A stretch of DNA of 64,000 bases from Epiperipatus broadwayi (GCA_028023455.1 JAQFVV010000003.1:14074001-14138000), one strand, 5' to 3'. Counted from the first letter of the stretch, positions 1 to 13,968 are shown. The notes: a model not told the origin generated them from the sequence alone. A program made the numbers and translations.

Positions 1-289
1 TAGTTGCTATATGTCAGATCTGGTAAATGAAGTAGTTATAGTTAAAGATGCTGTTTTTTGTCTCATGAATTCCTAAAATGGCAACAAAATTTTTATAGTT
101 GATAAACTATTTAAATTTTAATAATGAAATTATTAATCTGTTGTTTTTTTATCGATATAATTATATGAAATTTCTAAAGTAATTATTTAACATTAAACTA
201 TTTTCATGTACTAATGAATATTCCCATCATAGCAACAAAACTTGGAAAAATTTGCTTGGACATGGTTCTAATAGCATTTCGAACATTGC

Positions 290-520
290 CCTCTCTTAAC
301 AATCTTCTGAACAAACCTAAAGACAGAACTCCATTTGAACATGCTTTTCAAATAGTTTATAACATTTCACACCCATCTCCAGCTTGTAGAGTGGTGTACT
401 GCAGGGAGTCTCAAACTAATAGATCTACGAAAGTTGTCCAGCACTCCCTATCTTTATAAAAAGTCAAAACAAGACTCACAACACAAGCTATTGTAAACGA
501 AATATAGTGTATGCAGGAAG
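290..520 (+). mobile_element. Penelope-like element remnant (GIY-YIG endonuclease fragment)
   Basis: ORF 214-459 reads NKPKDRTPFEHAFQIVYNISHPSPACRVVYCRESQTNRSTKVVQH. This aligns by eye with the GIY-YIG-like ORF at 58553-58741 (NISKDRLSSDLHSQIVYKIKCQDSSCPSVYYGESWTNLANQLAQH). Degenerate. Confidence 0.5.
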
Positions 521-918
521 GAGGGAGACTTAGAATAAAATATAACAAACATCAGAATTCCACTATATACACAGAAATGTAATGGATGAATTTAATTATG
601 GAATTATATATAGATAGGAGGCAATGATTATTGCAAGGGACCCAAATTAAATCAACAGGAAGGAGTCTTGCCTCCCTTTGTCAAAAAAATGAAACATCAA
701 TCATTTGTATTTTACATTTCTCATTGCAATAATTTGCATATTTTATAAATTATAATCATGCTCCCAGAGTAGGTAGTTAATTAATTTTTTACTATGATTT
801 TGATGAGAATTTGCCAAAAATTAACTCAATACTATTAAGTAAGAATATATCTATATGGTTATACTTTTTCATAGTGGCTTGATTCAGTTCAAATTTTTTT
901 GAAATTTCTAAAGGTAAT

Positions 919-1325
919 TGTAATTAGAGGAGATTTTAACCCAAACTTTTAAGCTCCCTTCAGTCATCAACTCCATCTTATACAACCAATACACATGACC
1001 ACATACATGGGAAAAGAGATAAATAATCTCCAATATATGTATTTCATGCTGAACCAGCACTCATCAGTTAGTCTGAATCATCATGTCCCACACATATATA
1101 TAATCAGTGCTCGGCTTATATTAAGATCAACTGAGTGCTGATTATATATGTGTGTGAGAAATGATGATCCGGACCAACTGATAAGTGCTGGTTCAGCACA
1201 AAATATGTATATTGGAGATCCTTTATCTTTTATCTATGTATGTGGTCATGTGTATCGATTGTATAAGATGGAATGGATAGCTGTAGGAAGCTTGAAAATC
1301 TGAGCTCAAATCCCCTCTGATTACA
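919..1325. mobile_element. Fold-back MITE (~407 bp, almost entirely palindromic)
   Basis: Left arm TGTAATTAGAGGAGATTT...ATACACATGACCACATACAT...GCTGAACCAGCACTCATCAGTT...ATATATAATCAGTGCTCGG is the reverse complement of the right arm (...AAATCCCCTCTGATTACA). The central loop is short (~1110-1130). A second copy is at 14504-14765. Confidence 0.85.
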
Positions 1326-2861
1326 TCTAGTTTAAGAATATATACTATACTTATATTTAAATATTAAAAATAATTGTAATGACTTTATATTATTGTAAAA
1401 CAATAAGTCTTAAATAGTCTGCTGTGGTAAACCTTTTCACAGAGAAATGGGAGGCATTATTTACCAAATTAGTCAAGAAAAAGATGCCCACCTTGAAAGG
1501 TGGAGAGGATTTATCATGTGGTTTTTTTTTCATCCTCTAGCTAAATTGCTCATTTATTAAACAATAATTGGATGACTAGCTGGATTAATTATGGACTACT
1601 ACATGAAAAGAATCCATAGTTATCTAAAAAAAAAATTCAAGCCCACTCATATTCAGTTTACAAACTAGAGATGAAAGGTGAACTAATCATTAAATCTTGA
1701 GGATTGTGTGTATGAATATATACTTTTTTTTTCTCATTTTGTTATTGATATTCAAATGCATGTGCTTTATATATTTTTTATAATAAAATAGTCTTTTATT
1801 TTATATTTTTTTACATATATGGTTTGAAAATATGAATCTTATTGTGCATCTTAACAATGTAATGATCTCATTAAAATTTATGATGTAGCTTAAGACACTG
1901 TACTGAGAGACTTAAATATTTGAATTGAGAAGACTAATCCATTGTATCAGTCTATTCCAGCGCCATCCCTTGTCAGAATGAGGAATTAAGTGGCCATCAA
2001 ATGATGTGCCAAAGATATCTCAGACTGCCTTCATCAATTAAAAAGCTTTGGATTGCATATATTTATCCAACAGCCATTTTTTTTTTTGTATGTTACCTAA
2101 GCTAATGACTTGAAAGTTTTAATCATCTCAAGATTTTGATTCTAAGCCAACTTTTTTTGTCTACCTATATAGATCCGAAACTATTAATGATAAGCATTTG
2201 GACATATCCTTTTATGAAAAGATCAAAAATACTTAGTTAATATATAAATACGGTCTCTAAAATATATGGTTGTTGACTTATTATCAGACTTCTACAATTA
2301 TACAAGCAAGTTAGTTCAGATTCCAAACCTTAGAATGTTTAAAATTTTCATGTCGTTAATAGTATAAAAGAGTGAAGACGGCAGCTGAGTTTGTGCAATG
2401 CACTATTTTTTACTGATGAAAACTAATAGCTGGAAACTAGTCTAGTATATGGTTGGCCCTTCCATTTGGTGTATATTGATAGCTTATACTCTTAAAGATG
2501 TTTCTAGAGTAGGGAGATGGTATGAATTATAGTTTTTAATACTGGTCTTTAATGTAATGTGTGCAATTCATGTTATGATTTGTTTGGTATAAATTATATT
2601 TTAAAAGATGATCTATTACTGATGATGATTAGATAATTGTCACTTGGCCTTGCCTAATTCTCTCTAATTGTCTACATGCAGAAAACTTGATATATATATT
2701 AGTGGTGAAGCTTGACTTTTTTAGGAATGAAAGCACACTTCTTTTTTTTATAATGTTTTTATTTCACTTGGCACAACAATTTTTACACAATAGCGACTTA
2801 ATATATATATATATTACACACATCTAGAAAAATCTGAAACTCTTATCTGTAAATCAGAGAA

Positions 2862-3280
2862 TATATTATCAATATATTTTTATCTTCCAAATCATTTTAA
2901 TATTCTTAAAAGTTTTAACTGTAAATTAGATCATAGCATTGTTTGAACTTCTTATAATCTACGGAAATGCATTAGTCATTTTCCGTATATAAAAACAATT
3001 CAATGGTTAGTAAAAAACATTGAAAGTCAACAGTAATTCCATACAAAAAAATAATGAATTTGAATTGCTCATTCTAATCAGACTGATTAGTTTAAATATA
3101 GATAATACATTATCAATATATTTTTATCTTCCAAAATCCTTTTAATATTGTTAAAAGTTTTAACTGTAAATTAGATCTTAGCATTGTTTGAACTTCTTAT
3201 AATCTATGGGAATGCGTTAGTCAAATTCATTCTTTCCATATATATAAACAATTCAACTGTTGTTAAAAAAAATTGAAAGT
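2862..3280. repeat. Dispersed direct duplication, two ~165-bp copies (2862-3028 and ~3106-3280)
   Basis: Both copies carry TTATCAATATATTTTT(T)ATCTTCCAAA...AAAAGTTTTAACTGTAAATTAGATC.TAGCATTGTTTGAACTTCTTATAATCTA...TTGAAAGT. Confidence 0.85.
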
Positions 3281-3786
3281 GAATTTTTTTAATTGAATTT
3301 TAATTCAAGCTTTTGAAAGTTTTAGTGAATTTTTCCACGAAAGCACTCATTCCGTTCAATACATGGACGCTTTGTTCCTGATATATATATATACTGTGTA
3401 TATTAAATAAATTAGCTACTCAAACAATGTTTAACAATTCAGCCAATTGAATCACCAACAATTTACTCCAACTTTGATATCAATGCCAATCTTCAGCTAG
3501 CATTAACTAGGTCTTACATCATAATCAATAAAACACATTCCATACAAATACCAATCTCAACATTACACAGATTTTAAAGCATGAAATATTTATTATTTAT
3601 TTCAGAAATTATTATATTCATGGTATTAATATTGTATTGTGATAATGCGATAATCAATGATCATCATAAATGATAGTTTGTCACTGCTTGCTACCCCCAT
3701 AACACAATTTACTATAGTATCTCAACATTCAGAGGTATTTTCTGAATTTTTTATTCATTCATTTTTATCTTTTTATTATTATATAG

Positions 3787-3927
3787 CTGGTGAACGTGTC
3801 TATATTTTTTTATGCTGCCTATTACCAGTTTATGCCAAGCATATGGATAGTTTTATGCTTGATTTTTTGGGAAGGCTTACTAGGGGGAGCTGCATATGTT
3901 AATACTTTTTACAAAATTTCCAAAGAG
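3787..3927 (+). CDS. CLN3: CLN3/battenin, penultimate coding exon (47 aa)
   Basis: Acceptor tatatag|CTG and donor GAG|gtgag. Translation LVNVSIFFYAAYYQFMPSIWIVLCLIFWEGLLGGAAYVNTFYKISKE contains the hallmark EGLLGGAAYVNTF motif. The exon is 141 nt, phase 0/0. Confidence 0.95.
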
Positions 3928-5117
3928 GTGAGATTTTTATTCTTAGTTTTAAAAAATTATGAATAATTTTGTAATTATAAAGATTTTTTTTTTTTAAGTT
4001 TTTATGCAGTACTATAACAAACAACTAATATATGGTAAAAATTTTACAAAAGCATCTTTTTTAAAAAAGCATTGCTATCATATTATCAAATTATGTAACA
4101 CTTCCAACATCTGGAAATATAGAAATTAAAGAAAATTTTAAGAAAACTAAAACATATATATAAATGAACTGTATCTATATGTCATACTTATAATTTTTTA
4201 AAGTTTATTAAGAAAAATATTAAAAAAATAGTTATTATTATTACTATTTTTATCATCATCATCATTAGGTAGCAGCAAGTGTATGTTGACTTCTGTTGAT
4301 CATAAATTTGGACTTTGCTCTAGAGTAATCTATTACTTGTTTGGTTTTTAAATTCCTCAATGACAAATTCATTATTATGATGATGGAGTCCATTCATCTC
4401 TTTCTGATTGCTCATCCTCATCTTTCAAAATCACTTTTCCTCATTTGAGTTAGATTATTTTATAATATGGTCAGAATTCAATATTACTCTTATCTTTCAT
4501 TGTATAATTTTTCATATACTAAAGAAGAGATCATACAGTTGATAACATCTGCCTTGTAATCATTCATAAATTTAATAAATTTGATCAAAGATGACTGACT
4601 ATATTCCCAAAATAGTATATAGAAAAATTTACCACAAACATGTAGTATTAATGTAAAAATTGCATGTTGGCAAGAAAATGATATCTGGATTATTTCATGT
4701 GCGAAAAAAATGAAAAATACCACTCTAGTTAATCAGTTATGCTTTATGAATGTATTGTTTTGGTACTTTAATATCACCTGACCTCATGGAGATTTAACCA
4801 TGCAATAAAATAAAAACATATTATGAACAAAAAAAAATCTTTCCTTCATTATTAATAACCACTCAAAAATAAATATGCCATGTAAAAAAAGGTGTAACAA
4901 AAGTTAAAGTTGATTTTTATGCTGACTTTACATATCATAAATATGCCTACATGTCTCCCATTCTATTTCTTCAGACTGTTTATTGGATATTTTGTAATGA
5001 TGTCTTAATTTATTCTGCAGCAATTTTTTTTTTTTTAAAAGATTAATGACTTCCATGGTTGTAGCTCTGCCCAAAAGATTGCATTTACTCTAGAATATCT
5101 TTTTTTTATATATATCA

Positions 5118-5189
5118 AGTGTTGACCAGGAAGCAAACCCGGGCCAGCTGCTTGGAAGGCAGCTATGCTAATCGCTAGGCCACCAATAC
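5118..5189 (-). pseudogene. tRNA-Gly(TCC) pseudogene / tRNA-derived retrocopy
   Basis: Minus strand reads GTATTGGTGGCCTAGCGATTAGCATAGCTGCCTTCCAAGCAGCTGGCCCGGGTTTGCTTCCTGGTCAACACT. The anticodon arm is perfect (GCTGC-CTTCCAA-GCAGC), but the T-loop is degenerate (TTTGCTT) and the acceptor stem has one mismatch. It is followed by an AT/A-rich tract rather than a T-run terminator. Confidence 0.8.
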
Positions 5190-5885
5190 TTGATTGAATA
5201 TCTTTGAGATAGTCTTTATATTGAAAATAAAGTCTGCTTCTCCTATGAAACCTATGCTCAAGTTTATTTAAAAGCTTTTTTTTTTATGAAATATATTATT
5301 TTTCTATTAATAACTCTGATCTGATTGATAAGAAATTACAGGTAGAATATATGTCCAATGAAGTTGTCTCATGTCAATGGTAAATTCATCTACCAAGTCC
5401 AACATAACAGTTGGCTTTATGATCTTGCCATTATATTTTTATAATGTACTGAGAATCTTTAAATTATGGTTTTCCATTGTTTTTGTCTCATTTCCTTACA
5501 ATAAATGTGATTAGAAATAGTTTAATAAAAATTAGAGAATATAAATACCATGGATTTATAAAACACTTCCTGTCATCTCCCATCCCCCCCAATAATATGA
5601 AGATAAACAATAAATATGTTTAAATGCTTTAGTATATGACCAAATACCAGTCACCACTTTTGATCTAAATTTTAGTAAGACACTTTTTGATTACATATTA
5701 CTATGATAGTATTAGCTATTATTAACGGATAGTAATCAAAGTTTTTCTTCAGTGTTTTCTATTTTATTTTAGGTTATAAGCAGGTGGATAGGTTTTAATA
5801 GTTGAATTTGGTGGAGAGTATTCATCTTTTTTTAATACCTCACAATACATTTGAGTAAAGTATTTTTGCCATTATGTTCAAGTCA

Positions 5886-6095
<210 letters not shown>

Positions 6096-6130
6096 AATCA
6101 TGATTGAGCCACTTAAAGATTATTTAAAAT

Positions 6131-6339
6131 AGAGGCAAAACTCACCATATAGTAGCGCCACCCAGTACAAGTCAGAATAATCAATGGATGCAAGAAGATT
6201 TAGTCCATATCTAGTGCCTGCTCATCCAATATCCTTGGACTAGTATCTCTGTTGTGCCTTGGATTTGAGAGCACTCCATCTTAATTAATTACTCTGGCTT
6301 GCACTCGATGGCGCTACTGTATTGGAGAGTTTTGCTTCT
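6131..6339. mobile_element. MITE (~209 bp) with ~45-bp imperfect TIRs
   Basis: Left GCAAAACTCACCATATAGTAGCGCCA...AGAATAAT versus right ATTACTCTGG...TGGCGCTACTGTATTGGAGAGTTTTGC. An inverted half-copy is at 15803-15920. Confidence 0.8.
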
Positions 6340-9300
6340 GCTTGTGTAAGTATAGGAAATAGTGATCACATCATGTTTATTAATTTAAAGATTATTTCAG
6401 AATTTCTGTATCATAGCTTTTCCACATTTTTCCAGAAAATTTATTGGGTTCCAATTTAGGAATCACTTTGTTCATCAGTTGTGACTTCTTTTAGAAATAT
6501 AATCAGTTCATCTCTATTTCAGCCTGTTAAATTCTTTCAATGAGGTCAGCAATATCAATTAATTTTTTTATCTATATTTTTTGTTTCTAATATTTCTTTT
6601 TTAGTCCTATCATATGTCTCAGTATGTGGCCTGCAATATCTATATTGCTCTACTACTAAGAGCTCGAGTCTCAGATACATAAGGAATTAGTAGAATATAT
6701 TGATTAAAAAAAGCTTTCAGGTCCAAAGGTGTAGCACTATTTAAAGTACACTATATGAATGTAATTCTGTGACCAGTTTTTCCAATATGTTTCTGTCTAT
6801 ATTGTTAATTTGTCCAATGAATCTATAATATTCAGTTTATTATTTATTATAACATATAATAACAACATTTCACTCTTTTTACACTTTAAAGCAAAATATA
6901 TTTATTTATTCTTTACAATTTTGACTGTGGCAATTATTTTTTCTTTTTGAAAATCCATTGAACATCATATTTATCTTTTTTTATCATCTGATATTTCTTA
7001 TAATATTTCTTGAATCTTTGAAGCATTATTTACAAAAAACTCTACACCATCTGTAAAATACAGATAAGTAAAATTTGAATTTTGCATGTGGTTAAATTGC
7101 TTTGTAAATAGTACTTCAGAGCAGAAAATACTACAATAACAACTGTCAGATAAAAGTAAAAAGTAGAATTAAACATAAATATCAAAAAGATATAAATTAA
7201 TAATATATAAAATATGTAAGTATGTAAAAATCTGTTTTTCAAATATTTTCTTGTTATTTTTACCCAGTATGTAGAAACTAAAGAAACAAATTATACTTCA
7301 TAAAACTTGATTTTATTTTCAAATTTACTTAAATAATACACAATTATCCCAATTATTTAATTATAGTCATTATCAAGGATAAATCATAATTTTAAACATC
7401 TCTCTTCCATTTAAAAATGAAATAATTTTAAATGGGAGAGAAAGAGATGGATTGAAATTTATGACTTAACTCCTGAGAATGACTATAATCAAATAGTTGA
7501 AACATTGAAATGATTGTATATGATTCAGAAATATAATCAGATTTTATTTAAATGGTAAAAAAAGATTAAATTCCTCTTGTTCTCTATTTTAAGCCATAGA
7601 GTTTAAAATTTTTTGGGGAAATGGAATCATTCTGCAATACTGTCTTAGTGTCATTATGTAAACAAATTTTATCTGTTGAATTTAATAAATAGCCATCAGA
7701 AATTAACCATTCTTAGAAATGTATAATGATATTTCAAAGGTTTATCCATAGCAGAAATAGAAGTAAATGCTTTCTGATAATGTAACATCATTAGAAAACA
7801 TTTATAAATGAGATTGGCCATTTTAATTCTAGAAATGAAAAAAAAAAAATGGAAAGAAAAACAAAAAGCAAAATATTAAAAAACAAAGGAACAAAGAAAA
7901 AATTATATCAGAATCAAAATTGCTGTACCTGTAATTAAAGGATAGGAATGTGATCGTTCAAACATTCAAATTGTTCTATGAGATGATGATCCAGAGAGTT
8001 AAAAATTTCTACATTGAGGTTTAGTCTAATTTTGGATATCACATGATCTCCTGAATTATTAATCATTGAAGTATTTTTTTTATTGTCAAGTTTAATGCAG
8101 AGAAACTACTGATAAAATTAGAACCTGTGCTATCCTAAATGATTGAAGATAGTGGTGTAAAAGAAAATGATATGTAAATCCATTTTAAAATGATGTAGTA
8201 TTATATCCAAATTTTGCTTACCAATTTGGTTGACTTGAAATCAAAGTTCTTTTAGATGGGTTGTATTTATAAGGGTGTAATTCTTAATATCTTTTTTCCC
8301 TTCACTTTTTTAAACATCAATACTGCATAATTATTGCATTCATTCAGTCATCTGGAATATTTTTCTTGTTTAGACATTTTTATATAACTTAGCTAATATT
8401 TTCTATATTTCTTTGCCTGTTTTTTTTTAAATCTGTGATTTTAATTCTGTAACTTTCTGAAAAGTGTATCTCTTCTGCCTCTAAGGCAGTCTATTCACAA
8501 TCATGGCATTATTTAATTCCTTCAATTCTGTTATTGCATGGATAAATTAGTCAGTCATTAGCCATGTACTTTGTATTTTATCACAACTACAAAAGTTAGA
8601 AGCTGTTAACTTCTGTTTCCGCAATAGATAAGTACAAAATAGTGTTGTATCTGAAAAATAAAATTCATTTGGGACATTGCATGAAACTCATTCTTTGTGA
8701 CATAATTCATTTGTTTGAAGAATATTTGGGTTCAAATTGTATTTTAAATGGTGATACTATATTTCAGGTTAATGATAAAACTGTTCTATTTAATAATTTT
8801 TTTTTGTATACATTTTATACGAGATAACTTGTATTCTGTTATTTGATGACTGAATAAATGAAAAGATGAATAGACATTGCAATGTATTTCTCTTGTTAAT
8901 ATTTAATTGCTTATTCAGAATCTAGATGTACTTTTTTTCCAAACAGAGGAAAGTATTCAGAAATAGAATATACAAATAATAAGGAAATTATTTTTAAAGT
9001 TTTTGCAACATAACCCCGACTAGCTTTCCAGAAAACTCTTTCATTGAAATTACTTTGGATGTACATTTTGGTAAGTAAGAAATTTGACTATACTTCAAAG
9101 TCACTTTAATTAGAAAGGGGTAAGATGTATTTATGTTTTTTGTTGCAAAAGATTATCCTTCCTATTATTTAATGAATGACGAATACACTATCTCTATAGA
9201 ATTAGAAGTAAGACCCTTATTTGGGAAAAAAACATTTCCAATTTTTTTATACTTGTTAAGGGCCTTTTTTTATTTCTAGAATAATTTTTTTCTGTGAAAC

Positions 9301-9679
9301 CAGTGCAATATCATCAGCATATATGTATATTTGACTTTAATAGCAAAGATGTGAAAAGTGAATACTGGGAAAACATTCTTCAAAGGTTTGCTTTCAGATT
9401 ATTTGGTCATTTGAATTTGTTTATAAAAGTGCTATTTTATTAAGTAAAAATAATATTTCAATTAAGAGTTGTAGGAAAAGAATTCCTAAGCTGGTAGCAA
9501 CAGTCTTTAGTTTATTTTGAAAACTTTATCAATGAGTCTAGTTAAAGATAGAATTTGTTCACAACAGCTTATCTTACCTAAATTCAGCCTTTTCTGAAGA
9601 CAGATGGCAAAATGACTTGATCTCTTCAGAATTTTTTACATCAGTTTTAGATGAAATACTTTGTAAATTAAAACAGAAA

Positions 9680-9780
9680 CAGAGTGGTTGAAGATAACTG
9701 GAGATTTGTGTTATTTAAATTTTATAGATGATGTGGTTGTTTTCACAAGTAATGCTTTTGAACTGCAAAAAGTAACATGA
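9680..9780 (+). mobile_element. RTE-like reverse transcriptase relic
   Basis: Translates LKITGDLCYLNFIDDVVVFTSNAFELQK, resembling the RTE 'GIKING..L.HLRFADDIVL...LQ' region. Confidence 0.45.
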
Positions 9781-10967
9781 GGCTAAAAAGACTGCTGTTC
9801 AATCACTTTAGTAACAGTCTTTGGTTTATTTTGTAAAGCTTTTCAATGTGACCAGTTAAATGTAGAATTTATTCACAGCATTACCTAAATCTAAATTCAG
9901 CCATTATGAAAGTAGATGATTTTCCACTTTTGGCATAAATTTCTTTAAAGATCTTGTAAGGGAATATATTACAATACTATAACTGTAATTATAAGAGATT
10001 TGGACACAGACTTTCAAGTTCTCTTCAGCTATCCACTCAACCGATACACATAACTGAAAAATATTTTTTTGGGGGTAATTGTTAGATTTTAAAACTGTTA
10101 TAGTTTTGATGTCATATCAAAGTTTTAAAATTATTATTATTTATTTATAGATGATATTGATGAATAGTTTTGCCAATGATACTTTAGCTTGGGATTCTAA
10201 GTTTTTAAGAATCTTCAGAAATATATTATCTGATACTGAGGCATTTCCTGATTTAATTTAAGACAAATTAAAGTTCACCAATATTAGGTTTAATTTAAAG
10301 AAACTTTAAAAAAGAGAATCCAGTAGTTTAATAATTTCCATTCTCCTTCTTCTAATCATTGTTTGAAATCTTATATATGGTTAGAAATCTTATTAATAAT
10401 AGTAGTGCATTTAAAGGTATTTCAACACATTTCAAGATAGTATAGAAAAAAATCCATCTTTTGTTTTTAATGGTTCTTCTTCATCTTTTTTTTTTTTTTT
10501 GTATCAAGAAGTGTCATAAATTTATCAGCAGTTTTTGAATCTGTGTTATACAAATATTGAGTTTGTTCTAACCAGATATATTTTGTTTTCAGTATTTTGA
10601 AGGGTTAGATTTTTTGATAGTCAGATTGGTAAACCTTCTATAACAAAAGGAATGGTGAAATTCATTTCATTGGTTCTAGCCAACTTTTTTAAAATTCTTT
10701 TTTCAAATTGAATGGTGTTCAATCATAAAAATATGAATTCAAGAGTGAAAAATGCTGCTTTATATTGGTTTCAAGGGGGAAAACCCAATATTAGCATATC
10801 AGTAAACAATGATGAACGATTATTTGATGAAATAATGAAAAGTAGGAGTTATTTTTTATCTGACTGTAATGCTATTTTTTTCAATCTTAGAATTATTATT
10901 AAACAGAAAATAAAGATGTATATATATATATTTTATTTATTTACTTTTTGCATATTTTTTTTTTCAG

Positions 10968-11087
10968 ATTCATCCACGACATCGTGAATTTTCTATGGGT
11001 GTTGCCAGTGTATCTGATACAGTGGGTATAGCAGCTGCAGGTGCAATAGCACTACCAGTCCATGATTATCTGTGTTCATTAAAATAA
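10968..11087 (+). CDS. CLN3: CLN3/battenin, terminal coding exon (39 aa + stop)
   Basis: Polypyrimidine tract and ttttcag| acceptor, then IHPRHREFSMGVASVSDTVGIAAAGAIALPVHDYLCSLK*. This matches the CLN3 C-terminus (human ..HREFAM...SDTLGI..SG.LALPLHDFLC). It is in frame with the 3787-3927 exon across a 7040-bp GT-AG intron. Confidence 0.95.
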   Translation: MHPRHREFSMGVASVSDTVGIAAAGAIALPVHDYLCSLK

Positions 11088-11714
11088 ATATGTACTCAGC
11101 AGCTGATTGCAATTAAAAACAACATTCCATTAATCTAGTTCCTACATTCTAAAAAAATATATGTATACATATTGTAAAGTGAATTACATATCTTTTAAAG
11201 ATATGACACATTAATTTATAAAATTAATATTTTCCTTCAAATTATTCTTTAAAATGTAGAACCAAATCTATTAATTTTTTTAATTTTTTCCTTTCAGCTA
11301 TTTAATTTTATAATACAAATATGTGTGTATATGCTGTGTGTGTGTACCATTTTTTACTTTTCTTTTTGGGAAGGAAATGTATTAAGGATCTCTTCACAGT
11401 TTAATGATTAGTGCATCTGTCTTTCATATTTTTACTAGTGTTCAAATTCTAATAGAATTTCAGCTAGGTAAAGATTTTATAAGCAAACTTAGGATTTTTT
11501 TATTCAAATAATCATCTCATGACCTTCTCTGCTAACCATCCAATTATTAGTTAGAAAATAGATATCTAACCACAGTGAATTATTTATAGCTCTTTTACAG
11601 TTTTATTTATATATGTATGTAATTCAAAAAATAAAAAACAATAATGTTGAGTAAAAGTATATTTTATTATGCTTTAAGCATATTAGGGTCATAATTATTA
11701 TTCATTTAATCAAT

Positions 11715-12920
11715 AGTATTCAGTCCTTTGTATGAATCCAGAAAGCAATCACATCACAAATTTTATCCATTTCTCCATTCCATTCTCTTCTTTGCCTATT
11801 TCTTCAGTTCTTCTATTCCACATATCTCTTCCCATTTCTTATATCATCCAACAAAATCAGTCTTTTCATCATCTCTTCTGTTACCCATTCACCATTTCTT
11901 CCAAAACATCTTTCATTAAATTATTCTTTCCTATTAATATATGTTCAATCGAGTTTCTCTTTCTATCTCTAATTTCCTCAAACAATTTTCTTTTTCATTT
12001 GCTTTTTTTAACACTTCTTCATCCAACTGATTTTTTCCATCCTTCTCCATGACCACATCTCAAAGGCTTCTGATCTGTTCCCATTTTTTTTACTTATTGT
12101 CCATATTTCACAACCATACAATAGTATTCTCCATACCTAGCATTTAATTAATCTTTTTCTTAATTCTGTCTTCAACGGTTCATAAAATATTTTCTTTTTC
12201 TTAGTAAATGTCTCCATTGCCAATGCTATTCTTTTAACTTCATTTCCATTTCTTTCATCCCCACTCAAGCAACCATCCAAATATCTAAATCCATTTATCT
12301 GTTAAACTATATTATCATGGATTTTAACTTGAAGTCTTTTTAAATTCATTTCTATGCATAAGCACTTGGTCTTCTCAATATTAATCTTCATTTCATATTA
12401 TATATAATAATCAATCTAAAAATTGAAATAAACAACAAATTATATTTACAATTATTTAATTATCAACCCAGCTTTCATCTCTTATTGCCAGGTTGATAAT
12501 TAAATTTGTAAATATAATTTGTTGTTTGTTTCAGTTTTATTTAGATTGATTATTATATTAAGTAGATATCAATAATAACATTGTGGATTAAAAATTATTT
12601 TTATATTGGATGTTTGACCATTGTATATATTTCATTTCATAGTCCATATATCCTTCCTCCAATTTATTCAATATATTCGAAGACCCTTTATCCTCAGTTG
12701 CAAGAGCTATATCATCTGCAAATCTTGTATGTATATTTTTATTATTCTACCTCCAACATTTGACCCTCCATAGTCTAAATATTTATTTAGCATGTCTTCT
12801 AAATAAATGTTAAAAAGCATAGCTGACATATTTCATCCTTGCCTAACTCCTCTTTCTTTATTCATTTCATCAAGATCGTTATTTTCTAGTCTAGTTCTTA
12901 TTCCTTACCCAGTATACATG
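11715..12920 (-). mobile_element. RTE-clade LINE 3' fragment (RT + C-terminal region), decayed
   Basis: Minus-strand pieces RGVRQG.NMSAMLFNIYL, ADDIALA, LLYGCEIWT and AFEMWSWRRMEKISW. Interrupted by an AT-rich block at ~12400-12640. Confidence 0.75.
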
Positions 12921-13968
12921 AAAATATATAATATTGATATTATAAGATTAAGCAGGGTGGGGTGGGAGGGATGTGGGGAAGTAAATAATGGAATTATGCT
13001 TAATTTACAAACAGTGATATGTGTATAAATACAAATACAATATAAATCAAAATATTGAGTCCTGTACTGATGACTTTATAAAAGTAGATTATAAAAAAAC
13101 ATTATATGTATTAAAATATTTAATAAGTGTATTAAATGCATAAAGATTAATCAAAGTTAAGTTGAATTTCTTTACCGTTTTAAGGATAATCTGAATATAA
13201 TGAATTAATCTTTCACAAATTGTGTATTCCGTTAGATGTGACTATAGTAATTGTCTGTATATCTGTTAAGTTGAAACAGGATTGAATTTGAATATAATAG
13301 TAATATAATGTGCAAAAATTAATTATGTTTACAACTCTATTTCTGAGCCACGAGAAAGAGATAATGGTTATAAATTTGACTTGAGGAAGATTAGGATTAT
13401 CTGTGAAGAATAAGAATGATTGCAAAAGAAAAATAAAAGGCTTGGGTTATTACAGATATAATGAATATTATAAATTATTGGCCTAATAATGTCCAATTAA
13501 GGATATACTGAAATTTAAATATTTGATGACAAAAGTATAAATGTGTTTATTGAATGCATGTATTAGTAACATTATTAGTAGAAGTATGTTTACATTACAT
13601 ATGTGTATTAGTAAAAGTAAAACAGTTTTTAAATAATTTACTGCAGGGCAAAGATCTTTCCAATAGCTCCTTATTGAAGATCAATGAAGGAGAAGATAAG
13701 TTCTCACTAAGCTTTCCATTTGTTAATTGATGAAGATTTCCAAGTTTACTTGGTTTGCATTCAAACCTAGGTGATAGACATGACAAACAAATTTATCACC
13801 CTTGTTTCATGGGCAATGTATATTTAGTATATGCTCATGTTCTTTTTGTAAAAACATCTTTTTATCTAGAAGAATTTTGTTTTATTGAAAATTATCCGTA
13901 ATATTTTTATTTTATTTCCTTAATACAGATTGTTTTTGTTTTTTTTATTGTTTTTTTTTAAGTGTCAT

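Noticed and set aside
9990-10035. Minus-strand CTGAAGA-GAACTT-GAAA hammerhead-like core
   Set aside because: Stem III cannot form and stem I is only ~4 weak pairs, which is expected by chance in 64 kb.
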